Shown here in pieces: positions 40,567 to 49,681 of a DNA stretch of 64,000 nt. A model generated the notes under the pieces. The model worked only from the letters and a program-made list of their open reading frames with translations. It did not search any database and had not been told where the DNA came from. Every line of letters starts with the position of its first letter. The stretch's first letter is position 1. The stretch spans positions 160,036 through 224,035 of the forward strand of contig CAVVOJ010000011.1 in NCBI GenBank assembly GCA_963749845.1. Direction: 5' to 3'. This DNA is from an uncultured Chloroflexia bacterium. Lineage in GTDB: Bacteria; Chloroflexota; Anaerolineae; Caldilineales; Caldilineaceae. Made by a program: the position numbers and the translations under genes.

Positions 40567-41439
40567 CTACTCGGCAGCCGCAAGGCGTTGGGCAGCCAGA
40601 TCGCAATAAGTCGGATCGATGTCATAGCCTACATAATGACGCTGATGCCTGGCCGCGGCTACGCAGGTCGAACCACTGCCCATAAAGGGATCGAGCACGA
40701 CGTCACCCTGATAGGAGTAGAGTTGAATCACCCGCTCGGCCAAGGCAACCGGAAAGGGCGCGGGGTGGCCTACGCGTCGCGCAGACTCGGCCGGAATCTC
40801 CCAGACGGAAAGTGTGGCGTCCAAGAAGTCATCCCGGTCGATATCTGACGTGCCGGCATCCGGCCGCGAGTAACTCTGTTTGGAAAAGACGAGCAGGTAC
40901 TCATGCACGTCACGCAGGCGAGGCGCCTTCGCACTCATCCAGCTGCCCCAGGCACACGAGCCGCTCGCTCCTTTGGCCTTTCGCCAGATGATTTCGCCCA
41001 TGGGCAGGTAGCCGAGGCGCGTGTGAATCTCATAGAAGAAGGCGTGGAGGGGAATATAGGGCTTGCGGCCCAGGTTGGCGATGTTGATCACGTAGCGACC
41101 GCCGGGACGCAGCACCCGGTAGACCTCAGCCGCTACATCGCCGATTAGCGCCAGATAAGCATCGAGGCTCATATCGCCTTCGTAGTCTTTGCCTACGTTG
41201 TACGGCGGTGAGGTAAAGGCGAGCGCCACGCCGTTGTCCGGCACGGCGGACATATTCGTAGACGAAGCGCAATAGATCTGATCGGCCCACGGCTCATGCG
41301 TGGGGATATCGACGTCCATTTGGGCAGCGCTTGCCGGCTCGGTAAAGATATCGTCATAGAGGGTGCGTGAATAGAATGACGCAGCGTCATGACTCTCACG
41401 TTTACCGGTCCCGAAGGAAGAGGTGGCGGTACGTTTCAT
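40567..41439 (-). CDS. Site-specific DNA methyltransferase, N4/N6 family (PF01555-like), SPPY motif IV suggests N4-cytosine specificity
   Basis: [15 protein letters not shown] (motif IV) precedes [16 protein letters not shown] (motif I), which is the beta-class order. I recognise no endonuclease among the neighbours. Confidence 0.85.
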   Translation of the reverse strand: MKRTATSSFGTGKRESHDAASFYSRTLYDDIFTEPASAAQMDVDIPTHEPWADQIYCASSTNMSAVPDNGVALAFTSPPYNVGKDYEGDMSLDAYLALIGDVAAEVYRVLRPGGRYVINIANLGRKPYIPLHAFFYEIHTRLGYLPMGEIIWRKAKGASGSCAWGSWMSAKAPRLRDVHEYLLVFSKQSYSRPDAGTSDIDRDDFLDATLSVWEIPAESARRVGHPAPFPVALAERVIQLYSYQGDVVLDPFMGSGSTCVAAARHQRHYVGYDIDPTYCDLAAQRLAAAE

Positions 41440-41529
41440 GGCTTTCTCTCTGGCGCTGGATATACAAGGCCCGGCACGCAAGGCGCCGGGCGCTTCAACA
41501 CATTCGGTTCAGACCTACCAACCGCATAG

Positions 41530-42529
41530 TTATTCTGCTGGAATGACCAATTCCTGGCCGACGACAATCGAATTGGGATCCGTCAAGTTGTTGAAGCTCA
41601 AAATCGACTCCACCGTCACGCCGTATTGGGCCGCAACCTCGCTCAACGTCTCACCCGATGCGACGGTGTGGGTTGTGCCGCGCAAGATTTGAATGTCGCG
41701 CTGGCTGACGCCGGGGATGATCAGTTCCTGGCCCACGCGCAAGACATTGCGATTGACGATGTTGTTGGCAATGGCCAGATCGTCGGGATCTATGCCAAAT
41801 TCTTGTGCGATGGAAAAGAAGCTGTCGCCCGGCTGCACGATGTAGGTGACCTGCCCGCCCGGGACCCCGTCGCTACTCGTTGCCACGGCCGGAGCCGATG
41901 GATCCGCCCGAGTCCGGGACATAGCCGGGGATGATAAGCGTCGTACCGACGATGAGGCTGTCGGGGGTCAATAATTGATTCGCTTCAATAATTTCCAGCT
42001 GGTTGATGTTAAAGCGCGCTTCGATTGCGCCCAAGGTGTCACCGGGCTGGACCGTATATTCAAACGGTCCCGGCAGCGGCGTCGGCACGCCCGCCTCGGT
42101 GATGCCCTCAACGTAGGGCACGACCAAGATTGTGCCGGCTTGAATGTTGTCGTCGGTCAAAAAGTTCAACTCGCGCAGGACCTGCATCGTGGTGCCGAAT
42201 TTTTCGGCCAGATAGGAGATGTTGTCCCCCTCCTGCACGGTGTACTGGAAGGTCCGGTCCGGGCGCAGGGGCAGGGACTCTTCCTCCGCAACGCCCTCAG
42301 CCGCGTCGCCCTCCGTAGCCGGCTCGCCCTCGGCAGGCGCTTCGACCACGGGCGTGAGCGTGGGCACAGCTTCTGCATCCGGCTCAGACGGTGCGGCACC
42401 ATCCACCGTTGCGGTGGGCGGCAGATCATTGACGTCAATCGGTGCGGGCGTTTCAGGCCGTCGCGTACAGGCGCTCAACAGGAGCAGCGCCAGCACCAGG
42501 CCGGTGAGTAAACGGGTACGAGTAGCCAC
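41530..42529 (-). pseudogene. Lipoprotein with four LysM domains; one frame break at about 41876-41920 (alternatively two overlapping genes)
   Basis: GTG 42529 (VATRTRLLTGLVLALLLLSAC, a lipobox). Two LysM repeats lie in ORF 41873-42586 and two more in ORF 41530-41922. The second ORF has no signal peptide, and the two overlap by 50 nt. Confidence 0.65.
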
Positions 42530-42722
42530 AAACGAGTCTCCCTCTGTGCGGCATTGAGGTGGTTGTGGGCATGATAGCACAAGCAAAATCGCGGCGCAAG
42601 GAAACTATGATTTGCGGCTGCATCCCATGATTCGCATGATCGGCGCTGAGGCAATGAGTGAGCATGCTCTAGCCCAGCGCAGCGTGCGGGGCACGATTGC
42701 CCCTTTACTGATTGAACTCAGT

Positions 42723-43256
42723 CTAGCGCAGGAACGAGAGGGCCGTTGTCGAGGCGAGGACGGCAAAGACGAGGGTCGGGATATTCAGTAGCGGGAACGG
42801 GGTAAAGAGCATGGCCACCAGAATGCCCAGAATGATGCCGGCCAGGGCAAACCAGCGCAAATTGCGCCCACGCCTGCCGCCAATCGCGCGCCGGATGATC
42901 TGTGACAAAGCCGTGCCCGCGCTACCGCCAATCAAGAAGGCAATGATGCTACCAAAAAAGAGGCCAAAAAAACCAAGAAAGAAGCCCAGAATCGGTGTCG
43001 CGACAAGCGTCACAAGAAAACTGACGCCCAGAGCAATCCAGTTGTCCTTGCCCTCAGCCGTATAGTACTTGTCCTGTACGGCGCGAATACACTCTTTGCA
43101 GCGATAGCCAACGTCTGTTTGTACTGCGCACTTCATGCAGATCGGTTTATTGCACCGATTGCAGCGCAGCAAGGTTTCGACATTCGGGTGATTCTCACAA
43201 TACAACACTTCGCCGGTCGCCGAAGTTTGCAGAGATTCTTGTTCGACCGTCATCAC
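42723..43256 (-). CDS. B-box/zinc-ribbon N-terminal domain membrane protein (hypothetical)
   Basis: YCENHPNVETLLRCNRCNKPICMKCAVQTDVGYRCKEC (Cys/His-rich) followed by about 4 TM segments. The start codon directly abuts the nadK stop. Confidence 0.6.
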   Translation of the reverse strand: MMTVEQESLQTSATGEVLYCENHPNVETLLRCNRCNKPICMKCAVQTDVGYRCKECIRAVQDKYYTAEGKDNWIALGVSFLVTLVATPILGFFLGFFGLFFGSIIAFLIGGSAGTALSQIIRRAIGGRRGRNLRWFALAGIILGILVAMLFTPFPLLNIPTLVFAVLASTTALSFLR

Positions 43257-44195
43257 TTACGCGTCCCTTATACCATCTGTCCAACGCAACTTTTCCATTA
43301 GTGATTGATAGAAATAGTTACGATCTTTTAGGCGAATGAAGCGGGCCACATGGGGGCTACCGGTGATTACAACCTGATCGCCGCTATGCAACTCAACCAC
43401 GACTTGACCATCAACCGTCAGCATAGGATGATAATCGGCGTATGCCTGTAATCGCACTTCCGAGCCGCGCGACAAAACAATCGCTCGGTCCATGCTCAGG
43501 TGGGGTGAAATCGGAATCACCAGCATGTTACGCAGTTCCGGCGGCAGGATCGGGCCGCCCACGGCCAACGCATAGCCGGTACTCCCGGTGGCGGTACTGG
43601 TGATGACGCCGTCGCACGTGTACGTGGTCAGGTACTCGCCATCCAAGTGGGCGCTGATGCGGACGACGCGGGCCAAATCGCCGCGGCTGAGCACAATGTC
43701 ATTCAGTCCATCGTGCTCACAGAGCGTGAAACGCTCGCCGTCGTCGCCGAGGCGCTCCACCCGCGAACGCAACATCAGCCGCTCTTCCGTCCAGTAGTCG
43801 CCGTCAAGCGTCTGCTTGAGAGGCTCCTGCCAGTCATCGGGCATGATCTCGGCCAGAAAGCCAAGCTTGCCCATTTTGACGCCCAACATGGGCGCGCCGT
43901 CGGCTGCGCCGATACGCGCGGCCCGCAGCAGCGTACCATCGCCGCCAAGGGTAATGAGCAGGTCAGCCGTGCTGACGTGACTCAAAACCGCCTCCGACTC
44001 CCAGGCTGACTCTTGCCACACCTCTTCTACGCCCTCAACGCGCAAGAAGAGCTCAATCTCCTGAGCAAGGCTTTTCGATCCCGGCTTCATTGGGTGATAG
44101 AGAATGCCAATATGGTTGAACTCGGCAGACTGTGATACAGCGGGTGAGTCGGCGCGCTGGGCCGCCATGGGCATCGATCCGGACCGTTCTTTCAT
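43257..44195 (-). CDS. nadK: NAD kinase
   Basis: GGDGTLL motif, and the NDIVLSRG and TGSTGYALAVGGPIL blocks. Confidence 0.9.
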   Translation of the reverse strand: MKERSGSMPMAAQRADSPAVSQSAEFNHIGILYHPMKPGSKSLAQEIELFLRVEGVEEVWQESAWESEAVLSHVSTADLLITLGGDGTLLRAARIGAADGAPMLGVKMGKLGFLAEIMPDDWQEPLKQTLDGDYWTEERLMLRSRVERLGDDGERFTLCEHDGLNDIVLSRGDLARVVRISAHLDGEYLTTYTCDGVITSTATGSTGYALAVGGPILPPELRNMLVIPISPHLSMDRAIVLSRGSEVRLQAYADYHPMLTVDGQVVVELHSGDQVVITGSPHVARFIRLKDRNYFYQSLMEKLRWTDGIRDA

Positions 44196-44655
44196 TGGCT
44201 GTCAACTTTGCTGAGGACCTGTAGCGTCAACGCATCCCGCCAACTGTTGGCATGCGAACGCCGGCGCGTCATTGGGAGCATCATAGAGCAGGGGTCGACT
44301 TCCGTCAAATCAACCTGCTTAGATCTCAGGGATTCTCAATTTCGCGAAGATAGGCAGCGGAAAAAGCCCGGTGCGGCGGATCGTCGTTGATTTTTGAGGA
44401 TTGATCCGCCGACATCCATCGGGAACCTCCTCGGTACAGGGTTGATGCACGGCTCATTCTCCTCAAATTTGGGATTCGTGGACCATATCTCTTGGAGGGT
44501 ATAAGGATATTGGCAAATAGGGGACATTCATCCTGTCTAATTGGGGATAAATACCCTTTGCGAACCATTCTCAAACGGCGTAAGCTGGACACAGTGTAGG
44601 AATATACAATGTAAAGAGTAGTGCTGTTGCAGTCAGCAGTCAAAGGAGACTGAAG

Positions 44656-45171
44656 ATGTCGAAGAAAAACAAAATTCTGGTACCCATCGACGGGTCAGCT
44701 TTTTGCACCCATATTTTCCCCCACATTTGTCGCTTTTTCCCACCGGATCAGAACGAAATCATCCTCCTGCGCGTGGCTGAAGATCCAGTCGGTCATGTCG
44801 GCAAACCGGGGCGTCCGTCCACCATGGAAGTGGATCTGTTCGAATACCCCTCACGCAAAGAATTACGGCAAGCCCAGCATCCCATTTTCGCTAGTCAGGA
44901 ACGGGAGAGTACCGTCGCCGACCTCACCCTGGATATGCGGAAGGAAGAGCAGATGCTGGAGCTCTTCGGCTACGAAGTCCATAGCGAAGTGCGGCTCGAT
45001 CGAGCACGGGGCGAGGCCATCGTGCAGTATATCGAGAATCACGATGTGGACATTGTTGCCATGACCACCCATTGGCGCACGGGAATCAACAAGCTGATCT
45101 TCGGCAGCGTCGCCCAATACGTGGCACAGCACATCTCGATTCCGATCGTGATGATTCGACCCGAGGCGTAG
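44656..45171 (+). CDS. Universal stress protein (UspA family)
   Basis: ATG follows AAAGGAG. KILVPIDGS start and a C-terminal GSVAQYVAQHISIPIVMI block. Confidence 0.85.
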   Translation: MSKKNKILVPIDGSAFCTHIFPHICRFFPPDQNEIILLRVAEDPVGHVGKPGRPSTMEVDLFEYPSRKELRQAQHPIFASQERESTVADLTLDMRKEEQMLELFGYEVHSEVRLDRARGEAIVQYIENHDVDIVAMTTHWRTGINKLIFGSVAQYVAQHISIPIVMIRPEA

Positions 45172-45219
45172 CGCTGGCGCGACAGCGAACAAAGCAAGCT
45201 GTTAGCCGTGAAGCATTTT

Positions 45220-45249
45220 TTGACAAAGAGCGCAGCCATCCGCTATATT
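45220..45249 (+). promoter_or_regulatory. Promoter for tRNA-Val (TTGACA-18 nt-TATATT)
   Basis: TTGACA at 45220-45225 and TATATT at 45244-45249. The tRNA 5' end is 14 nt downstream. Confidence 0.5.
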
Positions 45250-45262
45250 AGCGGGTGCGCTC

Positions 45263-45337
<75 letters not shown>

Positions 45338-45375
45338 TCGCTTTTTGCCGCGAGAAAAATAGCTGGTGCAAGATG

Positions 45376-45403
45376 AAAGGTCGACCGATGGTCGGCCTTT
45401 TTT
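45376..45403 (+). terminator. Rho-independent terminator after tRNA-Val
   Basis: AAAGGTCGACC gat GGTCGGCCTTT forms an 11-bp stem including one G-T pair. It is followed by a run totalling 6 T. Confidence 0.7.
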
Positions 45404-45464
45404 CATGGTATCGTCAGCCAAACTGAAGGCTCTAAGAGATCATTATTTCTGCTGAAGCGTCTGT

Positions 45465-45492
45465 CCAGTTCGCACGCCCACGTGCGAACTGG
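45465..45492. repeat. Palindromic element copy 1 (CCAGTTCGCACG ccca CGTGCGAACTGG)
   Basis: Perfect 12-bp stem with a 4-nt loop, read directly. Confidence 0.6.
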
Positions 45493-45525
45493 TGGGATAC
45501 GAGCGATTTCAGTACTATCTGTGCT

Positions 45526-45547
45526 GTTCGCACGTGGGCGTACGAAC
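45526..45547. repeat. Palindromic element copy 2, inverted relative to copy 1 (GTTCGCACGTGGGCGTACGAAC)
   Basis: It equals the reverse complement of the core of copy 1 with one mismatch. Confidence 0.6.
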
Positions 45548-45801
45548 TAAGGCCATTCCAAGATATTAGCTATCCGACCTACCTGCAGGCTGGACTCAGG
45601 AAGGCATATCGACGAGAGAGCTTCCAGGCAGGTACAGCGTACAGCTATTTATCTGGATTGGCCTAAGCGGTTGCGGGTATCGAGAGTCGTGATCCCGTAC
45701 TGTCGTTAATTTGGCTCTGCGCGTGCGGGGCGCGCTTGAGCGTTGCGGTTTGGAATACGTCGCGGATGGACGCACGCACGGGGGTGACGTATAATCTGCC
45801 C

Positions 45802-47220
45802 ATGAGCAAAGATGCAACGATGGAATATCGAAAGCTGCCAAGCGTTGATCGCCTTCTCCAGCATGACGCGATCGCTTTGCTCGCGGCAACTCACGGCGAA
45901 ACATCTGTGTCTGCTGCAGTGCGCGGCGCGCTGGACGACGCCCGTCGCGCCATCGCCGGCGGCGCGCCCGCGCCGGACGCATCCGCGTGGCCCGACCTGA
46001 TTGCCGAGCGAGTCGCGGCGAGCAACCAGTCCTCCTTGCGGCCGGTGATCAATGCAACGGGCATCATCGTGCACACAAATCTGGGCCGTGCCCCCCTCAG
46101 TGAGGCTGCGCGCTCGGCTGTGATCGCAGCGAGCGCCGGCTATAGCAATCTTGAATACGAACTGGTTGCGGGACAGCGGGGCAGTCGTCACGTTCACGCC
46201 CGGGGACTGCTGACCGAATTGACCGGAGCCGAAGATGCGCTGGTGGTGAACAACAATGCCGCGGCGGTCTATTTTATTCTCAGCGCGTTCTGTCTGGCGC
46301 AGGACGTTTTGATCAGCCGTGGGGAGCTCGTGGAGATCGGCGGCGGCTTTCGCATCCCCGACGTTTTGCGCCAGAGCGGCGCGCATCTGGTCGAAGTGGG
46401 CACCACCAACCGCACGCATCTGCGCGACTTTGCTGCGGCTATCACGACCGAAACGGCAGCGATCATGCGCGTCCACAGCAGCAATTTCCGCCAGATCGGC
46501 TTTGTGACGCAGCCGGAGCCCAGTGCGGTAATCGAAATGTTGCGTGAACGCGAAACCGTCACCGGCAGTCGACCGCTTTTCATCGATGATCTGGGCAGCG
46601 GCACGCTGCTTGACACCCGCCCCTACGGCCTGGCTGCCGAGCCAATGGTGCAAGAGAGCGTTGCCGCCGGCGCGGATCTGGTCACTTTTAGCGGCGACAA
46701 GCTGCTAGGCGGCCCTCAAGCCGGCATCATCGTCGGCAAAGCGCCGCTGATCGACCAGTTGCGCCGTCACCCCATGGCCCGCGCGCTGCGCATCGACAAG
46801 ATCACCCTGGCTGCCCTGGGAGCAACGCTGCATAGCTATCGCCGTGGCCGCGCCCTGGAAGAAATCCCGGTGTGGCAGATGATCTGCGCCGCGCTAGATG
46901 ACCTGGATGAGCGGGCCAAACGGTGGCAGGCGAAGCTGGGGGCCGCGGATGTGATGGCCGAAATTTGGGATGGCGAAAGCGCGATCGGCGGCGGCAGCTT
47001 GCCAGGCGAAATCTTGCCCACGCGCCTGCTGGCGCTGGCCGTCGCTGCACCCGACGCAGCCGCGGCCCATCTGCGCCAGGCCGATCCACCAATCGTCTGT
47101 CGTATCCAGCAAGATCATCTTGTCTTCGACCCGCGTACCGTTCGAGTTGAAGAAGAAGCGACGCTACTCTCTACGCTGACAAGGCTTGTTTCGACCCGGC
47201 GCAATGGTGAACAGCCGTGA
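45802..47220 (+). CDS. selA: L-seryl-tRNA(Sec) selenium transferase
   Basis: RPVINATGIIVHTNLGRAPLS, GYSNLEYEL..GQRGSRH, VVNNNAAAV and PLP-lysine block FSGDKLLGGPQAGIIVGK. ATG 45802 lies 6 nt after a TATAAT (45790-45795). An alternative ATG is at 45820. Confidence 0.9.
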   Translation: MSKDATMEYRKLPSVDRLLQHDAIALLAATHGETSVSAAVRGALDDARRAIAGGAPAPDASAWPDLIAERVAASNQSSLRPVINATGIIVHTNLGRAPLSEAARSAVIAASAGYSNLEYELVAGQRGSRHVHARGLLTELTGAEDALVVNNNAAAVYFILSAFCLAQDVLISRGELVEIGGGFRIPDVLRQSGAHLVEVGTTNRTHLRDFAAAITTETAAIMRVHSSNFRQIGFVTQPEPSAVIEMLRERETVTGSRPLFIDDLGSGTLLDTRPYGLAAEPMVQESVAAGADLVTFSGDKLLGGPQAGIIVGKAPLIDQLRRHPMARALRIDKITLAALGATLHSYRRGRALEEIPVWQMICAALDDLDERAKRWQAKLGAADVMAEIWDGESAIGGGSLPGEILPTRLLALAVAAPDAAAAHLRQADPPIVCRIQQDHLVFDPRTVRVEEEATLLSTLTRLVSTRRNGEQP

Positions 47221-48041
47221 GCCCGCCTCGTTCTGACGTGGTTTTCCTCAAGCTAGGCGGCTCCTTGATCACCGACAAGCGCCAGGCCGAGACGCCCCGC
47301 CCGGACGTCATTGCGCGGCTGGCCGCGGAAATTGCCGCGGCACGCGTCCAAGTGCCGGCCATGCAGTTGGTCATCGGCCATGGCTCGGGCAGCTTTGGTC
47401 ATGTGGTCGGTCGGCGCTATGGTACGCGGGAGGGGGTTGCGAGCGCCGCCGATTGGTACGGCTTTGCAGCCACTGCGGACGCTGCCGCGCGCCTGAACCG
47501 CATCGTTGTGGCGGCCCTCCTTGCGGCTGATGTGCCGGCGTGGGCCATCCAGCCCAGCGTCGCTCTGCGCGCACGAGACGGCGTCCTCGTCGATGGCCCC
47601 CATGCGACCGTCGCTGCCGCGCTCGAAGCGGGACTGGTTCCCGTCGTCTTTGGCGATGTGGCCCTGGACAGTGTGCGCGGGGGGACCATTGCCAGTACCG
47701 AGGAGATATTTCAATGGCTGGCACCTCATTTGGCGCCCAACCGGATCCTGTTGGTAGGCGAAGTTGATGGCATCTACACGGCCGACCCTCAGCTTGACCC
47801 CACTGTGGAACGCATTCCCCTCCTTTCACCGTCTACGCTAGCAGCAGTACAGGCTGATTTAGGTGAAAGCTTCGGCGTTGACGTCACAGGCGGCATGACG
47901 GCCAAGGTGAACCAAGCCCTGACTATGATCGAAGCTCAACCGAACCTCACGATCCGCATTCTCGGCGGCTTGGCGGAGGGTGCTGTGGCGCAGGCCCTGG
48001 CTGACGAAAGCGCGACGGTGGGCACCCTAATTTGTGGCTAG
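47217..48041 (+). CDS. Isopentenyl phosphate kinase-like (amino acid kinase family)
   Basis: FLKLGGSLITDK, IGHGSGSFGH, AIQPS, VPVVFGDVA and VDVTGGM align block-for-block with archaeal IPK as I remember it. The start overlaps the selA stop by 4 nt. Confidence 0.8.
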   Translation: MSPPRSDVVFLKLGGSLITDKRQAETPRPDVIARLAAEIAAARVQVPAMQLVIGHGSGSFGHVVGRRYGTREGVASAADWYGFAATADAAARLNRIVVAALLAADVPAWAIQPSVALRARDGVLVDGPHATVAAALEAGLVPVVFGDVALDSVRGGTIASTEEIFQWLAPHLAPNRILLVGEVDGIYTADPQLDPTVERIPLLSPSTLAAVQADLGESFGVDVTGGMTAKVNQALTMIEAQPNLTIRILGGLAEGAVAQALADESATVGTLICG

Positions 48042-48146
48042 AGCCTTACAAACAAAGCGAGTATAGTCGGCTACACTAAGGGTCTGGAATGCATGACCTG
48101 CGTAGGTGAGTAGGCGCGCAAGCGTAGGCGGGAAAAGCGCCATTCA

Positions 48147-48176
48147 TTTGCAGGAAGAGTTTGCAGAATAGTATAA
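48147..48176 (+). promoter_or_regulatory. Candidate promoter (TTGCAG-18 nt-TATAAT) upstream of rseP
   Basis: Read directly. It lies about 108 nt upstream of the ATG at 48284. Confidence 0.35.
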
Positions 48177-48283
48177 TCTGGCGATGCATCGCACCGATGG
48201 GGAATGTGGATGGCCGCTGCACGTGCGCGTAAACGCCAATACGTGACGGCCGCTCCGAGGTGCGACCTGCGAGGAAAATAGAG

Positions 48284-49646
48284 ATGGCATTGACAATAAT
48301 TTCATTCATTCTGGTCCTGGGCGTCCTCGTCTTTTTTCACGAGTTGGGCCATTATCTGGTTGCACGCCGCAATGGAATCGTCGTTGAAGAGTTTGGCATG
48401 GGATACCCGCCGCGTCTGGCGAAACTCTTCACGTACGACGGCACCGACTTCACCCTCAACGCGCTGCCACTCGGTGGCTTTGCACGCATGAAGGGCGAGG
48501 ATGCCGGCGATATGTCGCCCGGTTCCTTCAATGCAGCCAGCCGCAGCGGACGTGCGCTTACGCTGTTGGCAGGTCCGGCCATGAATGCGCTGTTGGCAAT
48601 TTTGATCTTTGCTTTCAGCTTTATGGCAGGCTTTCCGGCCAACGTGGCCAATCCACAACTGACGGCTGTGCCGGTTGGCTCTGCGGCTGCGGCCGCAGGT
48701 TTGCAAGCCGGTGATATTCTGCTCGAAGTTAGCGGACGCCCGGCCCAAGTTAGCGCGCTGCCGGAGATGGCGTACAGCGTCATGCAGCGGGATGAGCCGG
48801 GCGATGCGAGCATGCTCGAAAGCCTCGTCATCAGCCGCGACGGCGTGATAATGACCCTGCCCATAGCAGAAGCGACAACGGCCGACGCACTGGTGCGCGG
48901 CAGTGAGTACACACCCGTTTTGGGGACTCAAATCATGGCTACCGCCACCGATAGCCCGGCGGAAGAGGCTGGCCTACAGGCAGGCGACGCTGTCTTCAAG
49001 GTCAACGATGTCGTGATGACCTCCGACGGTGAATCTTTGGTGGAGCTCATCAACGAGTTGGCCGGTCAGGAAGTAGCCTTGACTGTCTTGCGCGGCAACC
49101 AATGGCAGACAATCAACATTACGCCCCGAGTGGATCCGCCGCCAGGTGAAGGCGCTCTCGGCGTACAGATTTCCCCGCAGTCGACGCTGGCTACCTTGCC
49201 GCCGTTACGGGCGTTGTGGGAAGGTGTGCGCGAAACGGTCAGCTATATCAGTTTGGTGCTACAGCTGCCATTCATGCTGATCATGGGCACCCTCTCACCG
49301 GCAGAAGCTCAGGTTAGCGGCCCAGTCGGCATTGCACAGATGGTGGGTGGGGCCATGTCCGCGACCATTGACACTGGCTTGCTCTTCCCAATCTTACGCC
49401 TGACTGCTATTCTCAGTGCGGCTCTCGCCATCACCAATATGCTCCCGCTCCCGGCGCTGGACGGTGGCCGCTTGCTGTTCATCTTGATCGAGACGCTGCG
49501 TGGCCGGCACGTCGAATCCGGAACGCGAGGGGCTCGTTCACATGGTGGGCTTTATGCTGCTGCTTGGCCTGCTCGTCATCGTGACGGTCCAAGACATTCG
49601 CAACGCACCGGAAGCCATCGACTGGCTTTCCATGCTCGGGCAATAA
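48284..49646 (+). pseudogene. rseP: RIP metalloprotease RseP (M50 site-2 protease, PDZ domains), one frame break at about 49513-49522
   Basis: HELGHYLVAR (HExxH), PDZ-like segments and NMLPLPALDGGRLLF. After ...ETLRGRHV, a +1 shift restores PEREGLVHMVGFMLLLGLLVIVTVQDIRNAPEAIDWLSMLGQ, with the stop at 49644-49646. Confidence 0.85.
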
Positions 49647-49681
49647 CTGAATGCTCCCCTCCACCGCCAGAGGAGACCTAC

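Noticed and set aside
41873-41922. Two separate overlapping LysM genes rather than one frameshifted gene.
   Set aside because: This is not fully excluded. However, the downstream ORF would lack any signal peptide although LysM domains act outside the cell, and a 50-nt overlap is unusual. A single lipoprotein with four LysM repeats and one extra base is more parsimonious.
39881-42586. Restriction-modification or other defence island around the methyltransferase.
   Set aside because: The flanking genes are an FMN reductase and a LysM lipoprotein. No endonuclease-like, ATPase, helicase or specificity-subunit ORF exists on either strand in the short gaps (40493-40566 and 41440-41529).
44326-44643. 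105-aa minus-strand ORF in the long nadK-usp spacer.
   Set aside because: No ribosome-binding site is visible. The composition is atypical for this genome's proteins, with many rare-looking codons and an AT-rich sequence. It starts inside the usp Shine-Dalgarno region, and I recognise no domain.
45404-45735. Possible tRNA-Sec (selC) immediately upstream of selA.
   Set aside because: On neither strand is there a TCA anticodon loop flanked by a pairing stem, a GGTTCGA-type T-loop, or an 8/5 acceptor/T-stem arrangement. The only TCA-containing candidates (around 45424, 45453 and 45596) lack complementary stems.
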